A stretch of DNA of 64,000 bases from positions 1,049 to 65,048 of the forward strand of contig CALRBH010000004.1 of assembly GCA_943354165.1 (NCBI GenBank), read 5' to 3'. Shown piece after piece: positions 1-9,257 of the stretch. A program made the position numbers and the translations under genes. This DNA comes from Candidatus Uhrbacteria bacterium RIFOXYB12_FULL_58_10. GTDB taxonomy: Bacteria; Patescibacteriota; Patescibacteriia; UBA9934; GWF2-40-263. Within the stretch, counting starts at the first letter, position 1, and each line of letters begins with the position of its first letter. The notes beneath the pieces were generated by a model. That model ran no database searches. It was not told the origin of the DNA and worked only from the letters and a program-made list of their open reading frames with translations.

Positions 1-1
1 T

Positions 2-694
2 GCATTAGCTCTCGGACAGACGATCACCCCGCTTGCTCCAAGCTTGAACGCGTTTTTCACCAAGGAGAAATGGACGGCAAAGGTATCGGGAATCGCTTTT
101 GAGAACGCGACGATCACGGCGAAGTTGGCCACGGAGAAGGAATTTACCGGCCCGTTTCTTTTCACACATAAAGGCGTGAGTGGCCCTGCCGTATTCGCCC
201 TGTCTTCGCTCGTCGCCTTTAAGCAATACAATGCGGAAAGTCCGCTTCCGATCACTATCGATCTCTATCCAGATGATTCGATCGACGAACTCACAGGGAA
301 GATCGACGTCTTGAGGGCTGTGCATGGCCATAAGCAGTTCAGCAATGTTCTTGCCATGCTGGTGCCCAAATCGCTCTCAGAGGTCGTTATCCATGAACTT
401 GGCCTGTCAGAGACGAAGCCGGCAAATGAATTTTCGAAGAAAGATGTGAGTCGATGTGCAGGTTGGCTTAAAGCGATTCCGCTGAACGTCGTTCAACGCG
501 GTGCCGGTGACGAGTTCGTCACGGCCGGCGGTGTGCAGCTTTTGGAAGTAGATCCAACCACCATGGAATCAAAAGTCTGCCCCGGACTCTACTTCGCAGG
601 AGAAATTCTCGACGTCGATGGGTTCACTGGCGGGTTCAATCTCCAGGCGTCGTGGGCGACTGGTTATCTTGCGGGAACTTCCCTCAGCACGTAA
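2..694 (+). CDS. HI0933/BaiN-like NAD(P)/FAD-dependent flavoprotein, 5'-partial
   Basis: Frame open from window edge; motifs FLFTHKGVSGPAV, FVTAGGV, GLYFAGEILDVDGFTGGFNLQASWATG. Confidence 0.9.
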   Translation, partial: ALALGQTITPLAPSLNAFFTKEKWTAKVSGIAFENATITAKLATEKEFTGPFLFTHKGVSGPAVFALSSLVAFKQYNAESPLPITIDLYPDDSIDELTGKIDVLRAVHGHKQFSNVLAMLVPKSLSEVVIHELGLSETKPANEFSKKDVSRCAGWLKAIPLNVVQRGAGDEFVTAGGVQLLEVDPTTMESKVCPGLYFAGEILDVDGFTGGFNLQASWATGYLAGTSLST

Positions 695-720
695 CGGCCA
701 ATTTCTGCTAGTATTGGCAG

Positions 721-2043
721 ATGAATCAGCGAGGAAACTTCAAATGCAGATTCGGCATTGCCATCGCGCTCTTCGTGATGGCCTTTTGCGTTCCGAACCC
801 GATTTTTGCGGATGATACGGCGGATGCGCTTAAAAAGCAGCTGCAGGAGATCGAGGCGCAGATCGCCCAGGACCAAAAGGAAATCGTGAAGATAAAAGGC
901 CAGGCGAATACACTCGCAAATACCATTAAAAAGCTGCAGGCGGAACGTGCGGTTCTTTTGCTCCGCATGAAGGCGGCCGATGCCCAAATACGGGTGGTGG
1001 AGGTACGTCTCCAGGAAACACAGGAGCAGGTTGTGGTGAATTCCGCCCATCTCGATGCGCTTCGCGAACAGATGGCCGAACTACTTCAGGTGATGTACAT
1101 CTCGGATTCCGAACCATTGATTTACGCATTGCTCCAAGGACAATCATTTTCCGATATCATTGCAACGGCGCAGGAATATCTGCAAATAACCAACACGCTC
1201 AACGACGTCATCACGGAGACGCATCAGACCAAGGAAAGGCTCACGCAACAGGAGGCTGACCTGACGCAACGGCAGGAAGAGGCGACGCATCTTCAATCCA
1301 TCCGCACCATCCAACAAGCCTCTCTCGCGGAGAGCATGGATTCACAGAAAACATTACTGGTGCAGACAAAGGGAAAGGAACAGGAATATCAGGCGGTGCT
1401 CGGCGACCGCAAAGCGCAGGCAAATCAGATCAAGCAGAGGATCTACGAACTCCTTGATACGGGGACCACACACATTACGTTCGGCCAGGCCGTGGAAATA
1501 GCCAAGGGTGTCTCCAATATAACTGGAATTCGCCCCGCGTTCATCCTTTCGGTTCTGAGTCAGGAATCCAACCTCGGCAAGAATGTGGGAACCTGCAATC
1601 GTCCTGGAGATCCGCCCTCCAAGAGCTGGAAGGTCGTGATGAAGCCGGAACGCGATCAGAAGCCATTCATCGCTATTACAGACGCATTGGTGCGCAATCC
1701 AGACACAACGCCAGTTTCCTGCCCAATGCGCGATGCCAAGGGCAACCAGATTGGTTGGGGCGGTGCCATGGGGCCAGCGCAGTTCATTCCGTCCACCTGG
1801 GTTGGCTATCAGGCAAAAATCACCAAAATAACAGGAAAGCCAGCAGATCCTTGGGATATCCGCGACGCCTTCCTCGCCTCCGCCCTCAAGCTCACGAACG
1901 ACGGCGCAGACGGAAGCGAGCAGGGCGAGTGGAACGCGGCCATGCGTTATTTCAGCGGTTCCACGAACGTGAAATATCGTTTCTATGGCGATCAGGTAAT
2001 TGCCCGTGCTGCGGAGTACCAGAAGGATATCGATGCGTTATAA
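721..2043 (+). CDS. Secreted coiled-coil protein with C-terminal lytic transglycosylase (SLT/MltB-like) domain
   Basis: Signal peptide, long Q/E/K coiled coil, QESNLG catalytic Glu, GAMGPAQFIPSTW motif. Confidence 0.85.
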   Translation: MNQRGNFKCRFGIAIALFVMAFCVPNPIFADDTADALKKQLQEIEAQIAQDQKEIVKIKGQANTLANTIKKLQAERAVLLLRMKAADAQIRVVEVRLQETQEQVVVNSAHLDALREQMAELLQVMYISDSEPLIYALLQGQSFSDIIATAQEYLQITNTLNDVITETHQTKERLTQQEADLTQRQEEATHLQSIRTIQQASLAESMDSQKTLLVQTKGKEQEYQAVLGDRKAQANQIKQRIYELLDTGTTHITFGQAVEIAKGVSNITGIRPAFILSVLSQESNLGKNVGTCNRPGDPPSKSWKVVMKPERDQKPFIAITDALVRNPDTTPVSCPMRDAKGNQIGWGGAMGPAQFIPSTWVGYQAKITKITGKPADPWDIRDAFLASALKLTNDGADGSEQGEWNAAMRYFSGSTNVKYRFYGDQVIARAAEYQKDIDAL

Positions 2044-2053
2044 TCAGTTGATT

Positions 2054-2305
2054 ATGCCGACAACGTTTACTGAACGCGTCCTTGTGGTAGTTCGATCAAT
2101 CCCGAAGGGAAAGACGCTTTCATACAAGCAAGTGGCCGCTGCGGCAGGGAGGCCAGGCGCCGCTCGCGCAGTGGGAACCATCATGGCGAACAATTCCGAC
2201 CATGACGTCCCATGCCATCGTGTGATTAAGTCCGATGGAACACCGGGCGGGTACAATGGACTAAAAGGCGAGAAGGAGGCATTATTGCTTGCTGAACGCG
2301 CATAG
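2054..2305 (+). CDS. MGMT family O6-alkylguanine DNA repair protein (C-terminal domain only)
   Basis: IPKGKTLSYKQVA, ARAVG and active-site PCHRV motifs. Confidence 0.9.
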   Translation: MPTTFTERVLVVVRSIPKGKTLSYKQVAAAAGRPGAARAVGTIMANNSDHDVPCHRVIKSDGTPGGYNGLKGEKEALLLAERA

Positions 2306-2309
2306 CTTT

Positions 2310-3209
2310 ATGGAATCGACCCACGAACTCATCATCTTCTACAAATACACGCCCGTCGCGGATCCGAAAGGATTCATGGAATGGCAGCGGCGCACCTGCA
2401 CCGAACTTGGCATCCTCGGCCGTATTATCGTTGCGCATGAGGGGATCAACGGGACCGTTGAAGGGACGCCTGAGGCAATCGCCGAATATGCACGCCGGAT
2501 GCATGAACAAAATGGTGTTCAAGGAACTTATGGGGATTTTGCAGATGTGTGGTTCAAATCGAGTCCGGGAACGGGAACATCGTTTGTGAAACTTGTCGTA
2601 AAACTTCGAAAAGAAATCGTGACCACAGGACTTGCTCAGGAGGAGATGGTTAATCCGAACCAGACCACCGGAACGCACATCACCCCAAATGAGCTCAAAC
2701 AGTGGATCGAGCGCGGGGAGAAATTTGAGATTATCGACATGCGCAACGACTACGAATACGCGGTCGGGCATTTTGCCGGATCGCATAACAGCCTGATGGA
2801 AAACTACCGCGACCTTTCAAAGGTTGTTCCGCAGTTTGAATCACTCAAGGACAAGAAGGTTCTCACGGTTTGTACATACGGCGTACGATGTGAAACCGCT
2901 TCTGGATACCTAAAGCAAAATGGCTTTAAAGACGTTTATCAGCTCGAAGGGGGAATCGGTAGCTATATGAAGCAGTACCCGGGTCAGGATTTCCTCGGCT
3001 CGCTCTATGTTTTCGACGCACGAATGACAGAGCGATTCACCGACAAGTACGAAGTCGTCGGCCAGTGCGTGAACTGCGGAGGGAAGAGCGAGCGTTTCGG
3101 GAACTGTGCTTGGAACGAGTGTCACAAACAGATCATCATCTGTGACACCTGCGCCCCTTTATCGAAATCCATCTGGTGCCAAGAAGCCTGTAAAAAAGAA
3201 AGACCCTGA
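2310..3209 (+). CDS. trhO: UPF0176 rhodanese-domain protein (TrhO-like tRNA U34 hydroxylase)
   Basis: FYKY, GRIIVAHEGINGT, DMRNDYEYAVGHF, CTYGVRCE, YQLEGGI, LYVFDAR and C-terminal Cys cluster. Confidence 0.8.
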   Translation: MESTHELIIFYKYTPVADPKGFMEWQRRTCTELGILGRIIVAHEGINGTVEGTPEAIAEYARRMHEQNGVQGTYGDFADVWFKSSPGTGTSFVKLVVKLRKEIVTTGLAQEEMVNPNQTTGTHITPNELKQWIERGEKFEIIDMRNDYEYAVGHFAGSHNSLMENYRDLSKVVPQFESLKDKKVLTVCTYGVRCETASGYLKQNGFKDVYQLEGGIGSYMKQYPGQDFLGSLYVFDARMTERFTDKYEVVGQCVNCGGKSERFGNCAWNECHKQIIICDTCAPLSKSIWCQEACKKERP

Positions 3210-3223
3210 GAACCAGGGTCTTT
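3199..3223. terminator. Bidirectional intrinsic terminator
   Basis: AAAGACCCTG-agaac-CAGGGTCTTT inverted repeat between convergent genes. Confidence 0.7.
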
Positions 3224-3234
3224 GTCTGTTGCGG

Positions 3235-3504
3235 CTAGAGCTTGATGTAGGCCACATCGTCTCTGATCTCCACATTACCGAAGTAATCGAGCCAGGCAAT
3301 GAGTCCTAGGGGATTTTTCTCCGTTGGATCACTCCCGGGCACAAAATTCGCCTTGGTCGAGATTCCGCGTACTTCATAGGTACGGATCTCGATTTCCTGC
3401 TTGCGCTGAATGAAGATCCGCCAGTGCAAGACATCACCTTCCGTGCGGATACGCTTCTTGTTGACCGCAACACGTATCCATACGTTAGACCAGCTGTTTT
3501 GCAT
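3235..3504 (-). CDS. Orphan hypothetical protein (89 aa from MQNSW)
   Basis: Fills intergenic gap; GGAG 6 nt before ATG at 3504; terminator downstream. Confidence 0.6.
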   Translation of the reverse strand: MQNSWSNVWIRVAVNKKRIRTEGDVLHWRIFIQRKQEIEIRTYEVRGISTKANFVPGSDPTEKNPLGLIAWLDYFGNVEIRDDVAYIKL

Positions 3505-3554
3505 GGAATTCTCCATAAAGGGTTGAGGCCGCGATCATACCGAGCGGGGGACCC

Positions 3555-3583
3555 TTGCGCAAGAGCTGAATTTTCCCTAGAAT
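3555..3583 (+). promoter_or_regulatory. sigma70-like promoter of ABC-F gene
   Basis: TTGCGC-17 nt-TAGAAT, 9 nt before ATG 3593. Confidence 0.55.
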
Positions 3584-3592
3584 GTCGCAACT

Positions 3593-5044
3593 ATGGACCA
3601 TGGAAACGTCATCATCCGATTTGAACGCGTAACGTTCGGTTACGACAAGGACCGCCCCATCCTCAATGAGGTGGATTTCGGCGTCCGTGAAAACGCGAAG
3701 ATCACCCTCATGGGCCAGAACGGCGCCGGGAAGAGCACCATCTTCCAACTGCTCCTCGGAACCATAAAGCCGGACGAAGGGAAAATCCACATGAAGCAGG
3801 GGGCCTCTATCGCCATCGCCACCCAGGTGATGCCGGAGGAATGCCTGACCATGACCGTGCGCCAGTTCTTTGAGCGCGCGTTCACGGATAAGATCTATGA
3901 CCTCGACAAGCGCATCAAGGACGCGTTTGAGGCAGTGAACATCACCTCGGACCTGGAAAAGATCATCAAGGACTTCTCGGGCGGCCAGCAAGCCCGTCTG
4001 CTCTTGGCGTACGCCCTCGTCCAGGACCCAGACATTCTTCTTCTCGATGAGCCGACCAACAACCTCGACACCGCCGGCATCGAGCACCTCACCGGATTCC
4101 TGATGGTGTATCCAAAGACCGTTATCGTCATTTCCCATGATGCCGACTTCTTGAATGCCTTTACCGAAGGCGTGCTTAACCTTGATGTTCACACTGGTAA
4201 AGTCGAGCGTTACGAAGGGAACTACTACAACGTGGTTGAAGAGATTGCTGCGCGCGTTGAACGCGATCGCATGCAGAACGCCCGCATGCTCAAGGAAATT
4301 CAGGACCGCAAGGATAAGATCAACTTCTTCGCGCACAAGGGAGGGAAGATGCGCGCCCTTGCCGCCAAGCTTAAGGACCAGGTTATCGAGGCTGAGGAAA
4401 ACATGGTTGAGGTTAAGCGCGATGATAAGACCATTCGCGATTTCACGATCGCCACGCAAGACTTCACGGACCCACTCGTAAAGATCACATCCGTCCGAGT
4501 GATCAACAATCACGAGCCCCGTAACGTCGAAGTAAACATCTCACTTCGTAAGCGCCAGCGTTTGCTCATCTCCGGCCCGAACGGGATCGGCAAGAGCACG
4601 TTGCTCCGTCTCCTCGCAGAGGGAACCGATCCAGGTGTTTCGATTACCAAAGACGTGAAGGTAGGTTATTACCGTCAGGATTTCTCCGGACTCGATTACA
4701 GCGCCACCGTGTATGAGTCGTTGGAATCGGTCATGGACGTTCCGGACAATGAAAAACTGCGCGAAGCTGGTGCACAATTCCTCCTTACAGGAGAGCTTAT
4801 GCGTAACCAGGTCCGCTCGCTTTCGGAAGGGCAGAAGGGTCTTCTTTGTTTCGCTCGATTCGTCTTACAGAAGCCAGGCCTTCTTATCCTCGACGAGCCG
4901 ACCAACCACATCAACTTCCGCCATCTTCCGGTCATTGCAGAAGCCATCGAGAAATTCGAGGGCGCCATTATCATGGTGAGCCACGCGCCGGACTTTGTGA
5001 GCAAGATCAACTTTACGGAATGGTTGGATTTGGGGACATTATAA
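3593..5044 (+). CDS. ABC-F family ATPase
   Basis: Two ABC domains (GQNGAGKS, FSGGQ, LLLDEPTNNLD; GPNGIGKS, LSEGQ, LILDEPTNH), no TM segments. Confidence 0.92.
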   Translation: MDHGNVIIRFERVTFGYDKDRPILNEVDFGVRENAKITLMGQNGAGKSTIFQLLLGTIKPDEGKIHMKQGASIAIATQVMPEECLTMTVRQFFERAFTDKIYDLDKRIKDAFEAVNITSDLEKIIKDFSGGQQARLLLAYALVQDPDILLLDEPTNNLDTAGIEHLTGFLMVYPKTVIVISHDADFLNAFTEGVLNLDVHTGKVERYEGNYYNVVEEIAARVERDRMQNARMLKEIQDRKDKINFFAHKGGKMRALAAKLKDQVIEAEENMVEVKRDDKTIRDFTIATQDFTDPLVKITSVRVINNHEPRNVEVNISLRKRQRLLISGPNGIGKSTLLRLLAEGTDPGVSITKDVKVGYYRQDFSGLDYSATVYESLESVMDVPDNEKLREAGAQFLLTGELMRNQVRSLSEGQKGLLCFARFVLQKPGLLILDEPTNHINFRHLPVIAEAIEKFEGAIIMVSHAPDFVSKINFTEWLDLGTL

Positions 5045-5120
5045 TGCGAAAGGCAACGATCATCGGGCTTCTGCGATAAGGGTTCCAGGGAATGTCTCTG
5101 AGTGATATCCTGTACCAGCT

Positions 5121-6362
5121 ATGCGAGCACATTGGGTGATTGTTGGGATAGCGGTGCCGATCGTGGTCGGAGCCGCTTTTTTGTTGCCTAAGTACCACAA
5201 TGCCCCTTCCGCCGGCATCGCTTCAGAGGTCACGGCAAGTGAGCCAGTTCCTCCGCCATTAGAGGTTAGGACCCATGAAATCGTCGCCGACGATACATTC
5301 ACGAGCGTACTTGAGTCGCTCGGGATTTCCTATGCTGATGCGTTGGAAATCCTGGAAGTGTCGAAGGACGTCTATAATTTCACCAATGTCCGCATCGGAA
5401 AGACGATGTCCCTCGAGCTTACTTCTGAAGGTCAGCTAGGGACGCTGAGGTATGAGCCGAATTCCTCGACGATGATTTCGGTCGTGAAAGCGGGAGACAC
5501 TTGGACCGCTCACGAGGAAGAAATTAAATACGATATCGAAGTTGTCCGTGCGTCAGGCACTATCGAATCCTCCCTCTACCTCGCCGGCTTGGTCGCAGGA
5601 ATGTCGGAAGGTGCGATCATCATCCTCGCGGACACGTTCGCCTGGAGCGTGGATTTTGCGACACAGGTGCGCGGCGGCGATACCTTCGAGGTGGCGTACG
5701 AGAAACGTTCGCGGAACGGCAAGGATGCCGGCACCGGCCGTGTGCTCACCGCAAGCTTTACGAACGCAGGTGATCGGCACGAAGCGTACCTCTTTGAGAT
5801 GGATGGCAAGGACGGATATTACGACGAGAACGGCACCTCGCTCGTCCGGCAGTTCCTCAAGGCTCCGCTCAGCTACTCCCGCATCACCTCAGGCTACACC
5901 ACCGCGCGCTTCCACCCCGTCCTTGCGAAGACCACTCCGCATCGCGCGATCGACTACGCGGCGGCAACGGGAACGCCAGTGATGGCGACGGCGGACGGAA
6001 TCATCTCCTCGGCCGGGTGGAACAGCGGCGGGTACGGAAATTTGGTGACAATTCGGCACAACAGCACCTTCGATACCAACTACGCCCACCTCAGTAAATT
6101 CGGAAAGGGAATTAAGCGCGGTGTAGCCGTGGTGCAGGGACAGGTTATTGGGTACGTTGGTTCCACTGGATTCTCCACCGGCCCTCACCTCCATTACGAA
6201 ATCATAAAGGACGGAACGAAGGTGAATCCGCTGCAGATACAGCTTCCAGCCGGCGATCCGATCCCTGATGATCAACGCGCTGGTTTTGAAGCAAGCCGGG
6301 ACGAGCAGAAAAAACTCCTCTCAAAAATTACCACATCGCAAAGCGGACGGGGTAATTTATGA
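5121..6362 (+). CDS. M23 family peptidoglycan endopeptidase (MepM-like)
   Basis: N-terminal TM; HRAIDYAA, YAHLS, STGPHLHYE motifs. Confidence 0.9.
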   Translation: MRAHWVIVGIAVPIVVGAAFLLPKYHNAPSAGIASEVTASEPVPPPLEVRTHEIVADDTFTSVLESLGISYADALEILEVSKDVYNFTNVRIGKTMSLELTSEGQLGTLRYEPNSSTMISVVKAGDTWTAHEEEIKYDIEVVRASGTIESSLYLAGLVAGMSEGAIIILADTFAWSVDFATQVRGGDTFEVAYEKRSRNGKDAGTGRVLTASFTNAGDRHEAYLFEMDGKDGYYDENGTSLVRQFLKAPLSYSRITSGYTTARFHPVLAKTTPHRAIDYAAATGTPVMATADGIISSAGWNSGGYGNLVTIRHNSTFDTNYAHLSKFGKGIKRGVAVVQGQVIGYVGSTGFSTGPHLHYEIIKDGTKVNPLQIQLPAGDPIPDDQRAGFEASRDEQKKLLSKITTSQSGRGNL

Positions 6363-7775
6363 GGGGGATTCGAGGGCTCGGACGAACACGCGGCAGAGCG
6401 TGTCGATCTCTTCCTCTGTTTCCGTCCCAGCCGAAATTCGAATGAACGGTGTGGTCACTTTCGTCGCGTGAAGGGCAGTTAAATACACCCGTGTCGTGTT
6501 GAACCCAAAGCTCGTTCCAGCGTGTAGGTCGATTCCAGCCTTGCCCGCCTCATTAATCGCGTGATCGAGGAACTTTTTGTACACGCCCACCTTTTTAAAT
6601 TCAGGCTTGAACCCCAAGACACAGAACCCGCCGTGGAAGGGAAGCTCCTTTGTCCAAGTGTTGGTTGGATGGTTTTTTAGACCTGGATACACAACTTGCT
6701 CAATAGGACATGCAGGGTTTTCGTCGACGTATACCTGCAGTCGTTCTGCAATCGTACGAATATTTCGTCCGATTCGGCTCATGCGACGCTCAAGCAGAAT
6801 CCGATTCGGTTCGGGGATGGAGAGCACGGAGGCGTCCGGCATGTTTGTGCCGAGGTGCATCCGCTCGCCAAAGTAGCCGAGCGTGGAAAGGGCATCGGTC
6901 CAGATGATGCCGCCAGTTACCCGGTCCAGACCAAACTGGTAAAACTTGTTTAGGCTTTCGATCACGGTAAGGCGCAGCTTCCAATTCACCATCGGGAGGT
7001 CTTGCAGCGGCTGGTACATCGGCCCCAGCCCGCTGTTATCAAGTACGAGGTGCGTTTCCTGATCGATGCACTTCGCAAGGGCAGGGATGAGCCGTTTAAG
7101 ATCAGCCATGGCGACCGTATCTGTGTTGCAAAGGCTGTCGATAAATATGACCGAGGGCTTGAGACGCTTAACGGCTTCTATAATCGCTTCCGCATTGTTT
7201 TCATCGAACCAATGCATCCGATCGCCAAAAGTCTTCATGAGCAATCCCTTGTTTTCAAAGTAGCTTGAGGCACCTGCGAGAATCGGTCCGTTCGCCTTTC
7301 CTTCATGGATGAGGGTGACAAGGACCGTAGCAAAAGCTGACATCCCGCTTGAGGTCACGTAGGCCTTGGGTGGCATGCGCATTGGCGCGTCGATGTATGC
7401 GTAGACGAACGCCTGTTCAAACGCTTCGGCGTCCAAATGATGGTCGCGCTTGTAATCGTTATAAGTGCCATGAATACGGCCCGCTTGGCTGCCTGCCTGG
7501 GGAGACACGGCATGCATGAATGTAGGCGACTGCCAGTCCGTGGAGGCGAGAATCGACCCCATGATTCCATAGAGGCTATGGAGAGTCTCGTACATGGATT
7601 TTTTGTCTGTACCTTGTCGTACCGCTTCGAACTGCGGGAGCATCGAATCAATAATTCCAATCAGTGCCTGTCCAGACAATTGGTCTCCTCCAGCAAGCCA
7701 AGACCGGAACCGTTTTAGACGGTCCTCGGCTGATGAGGCTAGATAGATGAGTTCCTCTCGGTCGTCGTCATGCAT
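6357..7775 (-). CDS. PLP-dependent Cys/Met-metabolism family enzyme (cystathionine gamma-synthase/lyase-like)
   Basis: TSSGMSA, LVLDNS, ESLNK (PLP lysine), VVYPGL..HP, GTSFG, FIRISAGTE motifs. Confidence 0.75.
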   Translation of the reverse strand: MHDDDREELIYLASSAEDRLKRFRSWLAGGDQLSGQALIGIIDSMLPQFEAVRQGTDKKSMYETLHSLYGIMGSILASTDWQSPTFMHAVSPQAGSQAGRIHGTYNDYKRDHHLDAEAFEQAFVYAYIDAPMRMPPKAYVTSSGMSAFATVLVTLIHEGKANGPILAGASSYFENKGLLMKTFGDRMHWFDENNAEAIIEAVKRLKPSVIFIDSLCNTDTVAMADLKRLIPALAKCIDQETHLVLDNSGLGPMYQPLQDLPMVNWKLRLTVIESLNKFYQFGLDRVTGGIIWTDALSTLGYFGERMHLGTNMPDASVLSIPEPNRILLERRMSRIGRNIRTIAERLQVYVDENPACPIEQVVYPGLKNHPTNTWTKELPFHGGFCVLGFKPEFKKVGVYKKFLDHAINEAGKAGIDLHAGTSFGFNTTRVYLTALHATKVTTPFIRISAGTETEEEIDTLCRVFVRALESPS

Positions 7776-7814
7776 ACGGTTTCGCCATTGTACGCCGTTT
7801 GGTAGGATGGACGA

Positions 7815-8753
7815 ATGCTACGCGAACTCCTCGGGATCTCAAAGTCGCTCCCGGTCCACATGCAAAGCGTGGACCTTGGTTCGACGACCATCAAAGTCCC
7901 CGTCGCCGACCTTCAAGGAAAGCGTCCGGGCAAGACTCTCCTTGTGACAGGTGGAATGGACGGCGATGAGTACACGGGAATGGAGGCGGCGTATCATCTG
8001 ATCGATGAGTACAAGAGCGGCGATTTCGCCGGGCGATTGATCGTCATCCCCATCGTAAACATTCCAGGCTTCGAACATGAGTGCAGTCAGAATCCACTCG
8101 ACGACGTCTTTCCGAAACACGTGTTTCCAGGTCGGCTCGATGGGAAGCCGACGGAACGATTGCTTCATTGGCTCACGACTTCGTACGTTCAACACGCCGA
8201 TGTGTGGCATGACCTGCACGCTGGAGCCATCACTGAAGGACTGAACCCATTCGTTTGGTTCTATAAATCAGGTGTTCAAGCCGTGGATAAAACCGCACAA
8301 GAATTGTATTCAGGGATGAATACTCCTTGTGTAGTGCATGAACAGGTTTCCGGTTTCTCAAAAGCCGGTCATTTGGCCAAGGGCGGCTGCGTCTACATCA
8401 TTGCCGAATCCGGCCAGCTGGGCGTGAGGAATAGTGTTGATATTGATCGGCACATCGATTGGATTAAGTCGACGATGAAGGCCTTGGGAATGATCGAAAC
8501 TATAAGATCAGGCCCTCCAACGTCCCCAACTATTCTCACTAAGGTCGATTACGTCATGGCCCCGTTCGACGGAATCTGGCGCCCATCCGGAACACGTTCG
8601 ACGCTACAACGAAACGACACCCTTGGAATGGGGTGCCGAATCGACGGTTCTGACATGCGTGAAATAAGGGCTTCGACGAGCGGTACGCCACTTTGGTGGA
8701 AGGAATCGATGGCCATGCACAAAGGCGATATTCTCTGTGCTATCGGGCATTAG
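7815..8753 (+). CDS. Succinylglutamate desuccinylase/aspartoacylase (M14-like) family protein
   Basis: GGMDGDEYTG, IPIVNIPG, FPG, DLHAG, AESG motifs. Confidence 0.8.
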   Translation: MLRELLGISKSLPVHMQSVDLGSTTIKVPVADLQGKRPGKTLLVTGGMDGDEYTGMEAAYHLIDEYKSGDFAGRLIVIPIVNIPGFEHECSQNPLDDVFPKHVFPGRLDGKPTERLLHWLTTSYVQHADVWHDLHAGAITEGLNPFVWFYKSGVQAVDKTAQELYSGMNTPCVVHEQVSGFSKAGHLAKGGCVYIIAESGQLGVRNSVDIDRHIDWIKSTMKALGMIETIRSGPPTSPTILTKVDYVMAPFDGIWRPSGTRSTLQRNDTLGMGCRIDGSDMREIRASTSGTPLWWKESMAMHKGDILCAIGH

Positions 8754-9256
8754 GTCACTTCAATGATTTCATAGTTAAGCGGACCGTTCGGCGTTTTCAT
8801 GGCCACGACGTCGCCTTCCTTGTGATTAATAAGCAGGGAACCGATGGGGGATTTATAGGAGATATGCCCGCGCATCGGGTCCGTTTCGATCGAACCGACG
8901 ATGAGGAACGTGCTGGTTTTTCCGTTCGCGTGCACCCGGACCGTCGACCCTATCTGAACAGTCCCATCTGCCTCGTTGTTGATGGGAATCACGAACTTCA
9001 GCCGCTCCTTAAGCGTAAGAAGTCGGTTGTCGATGCGACGAAGCCGCGCCTTTGATTCCGTATATCCGGCATTCTCGGAAAGATCGCCCATTTCAACCGC
9101 GGCCGTCACTTCCTTAAGCACCATCGGCCGTTCTACGAACTCCAGCTCGTGCATTGTGCGTTTCAATCGCTCAATGGCGGCCGGGGTCATGTAGCGGTCC
9201 GGCGCCTCTTCCTTGGACTGGCGCAGGATCTCAGATTTTCGCTTGGGTAATTGCAT
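8750..9256 (-). CDS. GreA/GreB family transcription elongation factor (paralogue)
   Basis: GDLSENAGY, VQIGSTV, ISYKSPIGSLL. Confidence 0.9.
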   Translation of the reverse strand: MQLPKRKSEILRQSKEEAPDRYMTPAAIERLKRTMHELEFVERPMVLKEVTAAVEMGDLSENAGYTESKARLRRIDNRLLTLKERLKFVIPINNEADGTVQIGSTVRVHANGKTSTFLIVGSIETDPMRGHISYKSPIGSLLINHKEGDVVAMKTPNGPLNYEIIEVT

Positions 9257-9257
9257 A

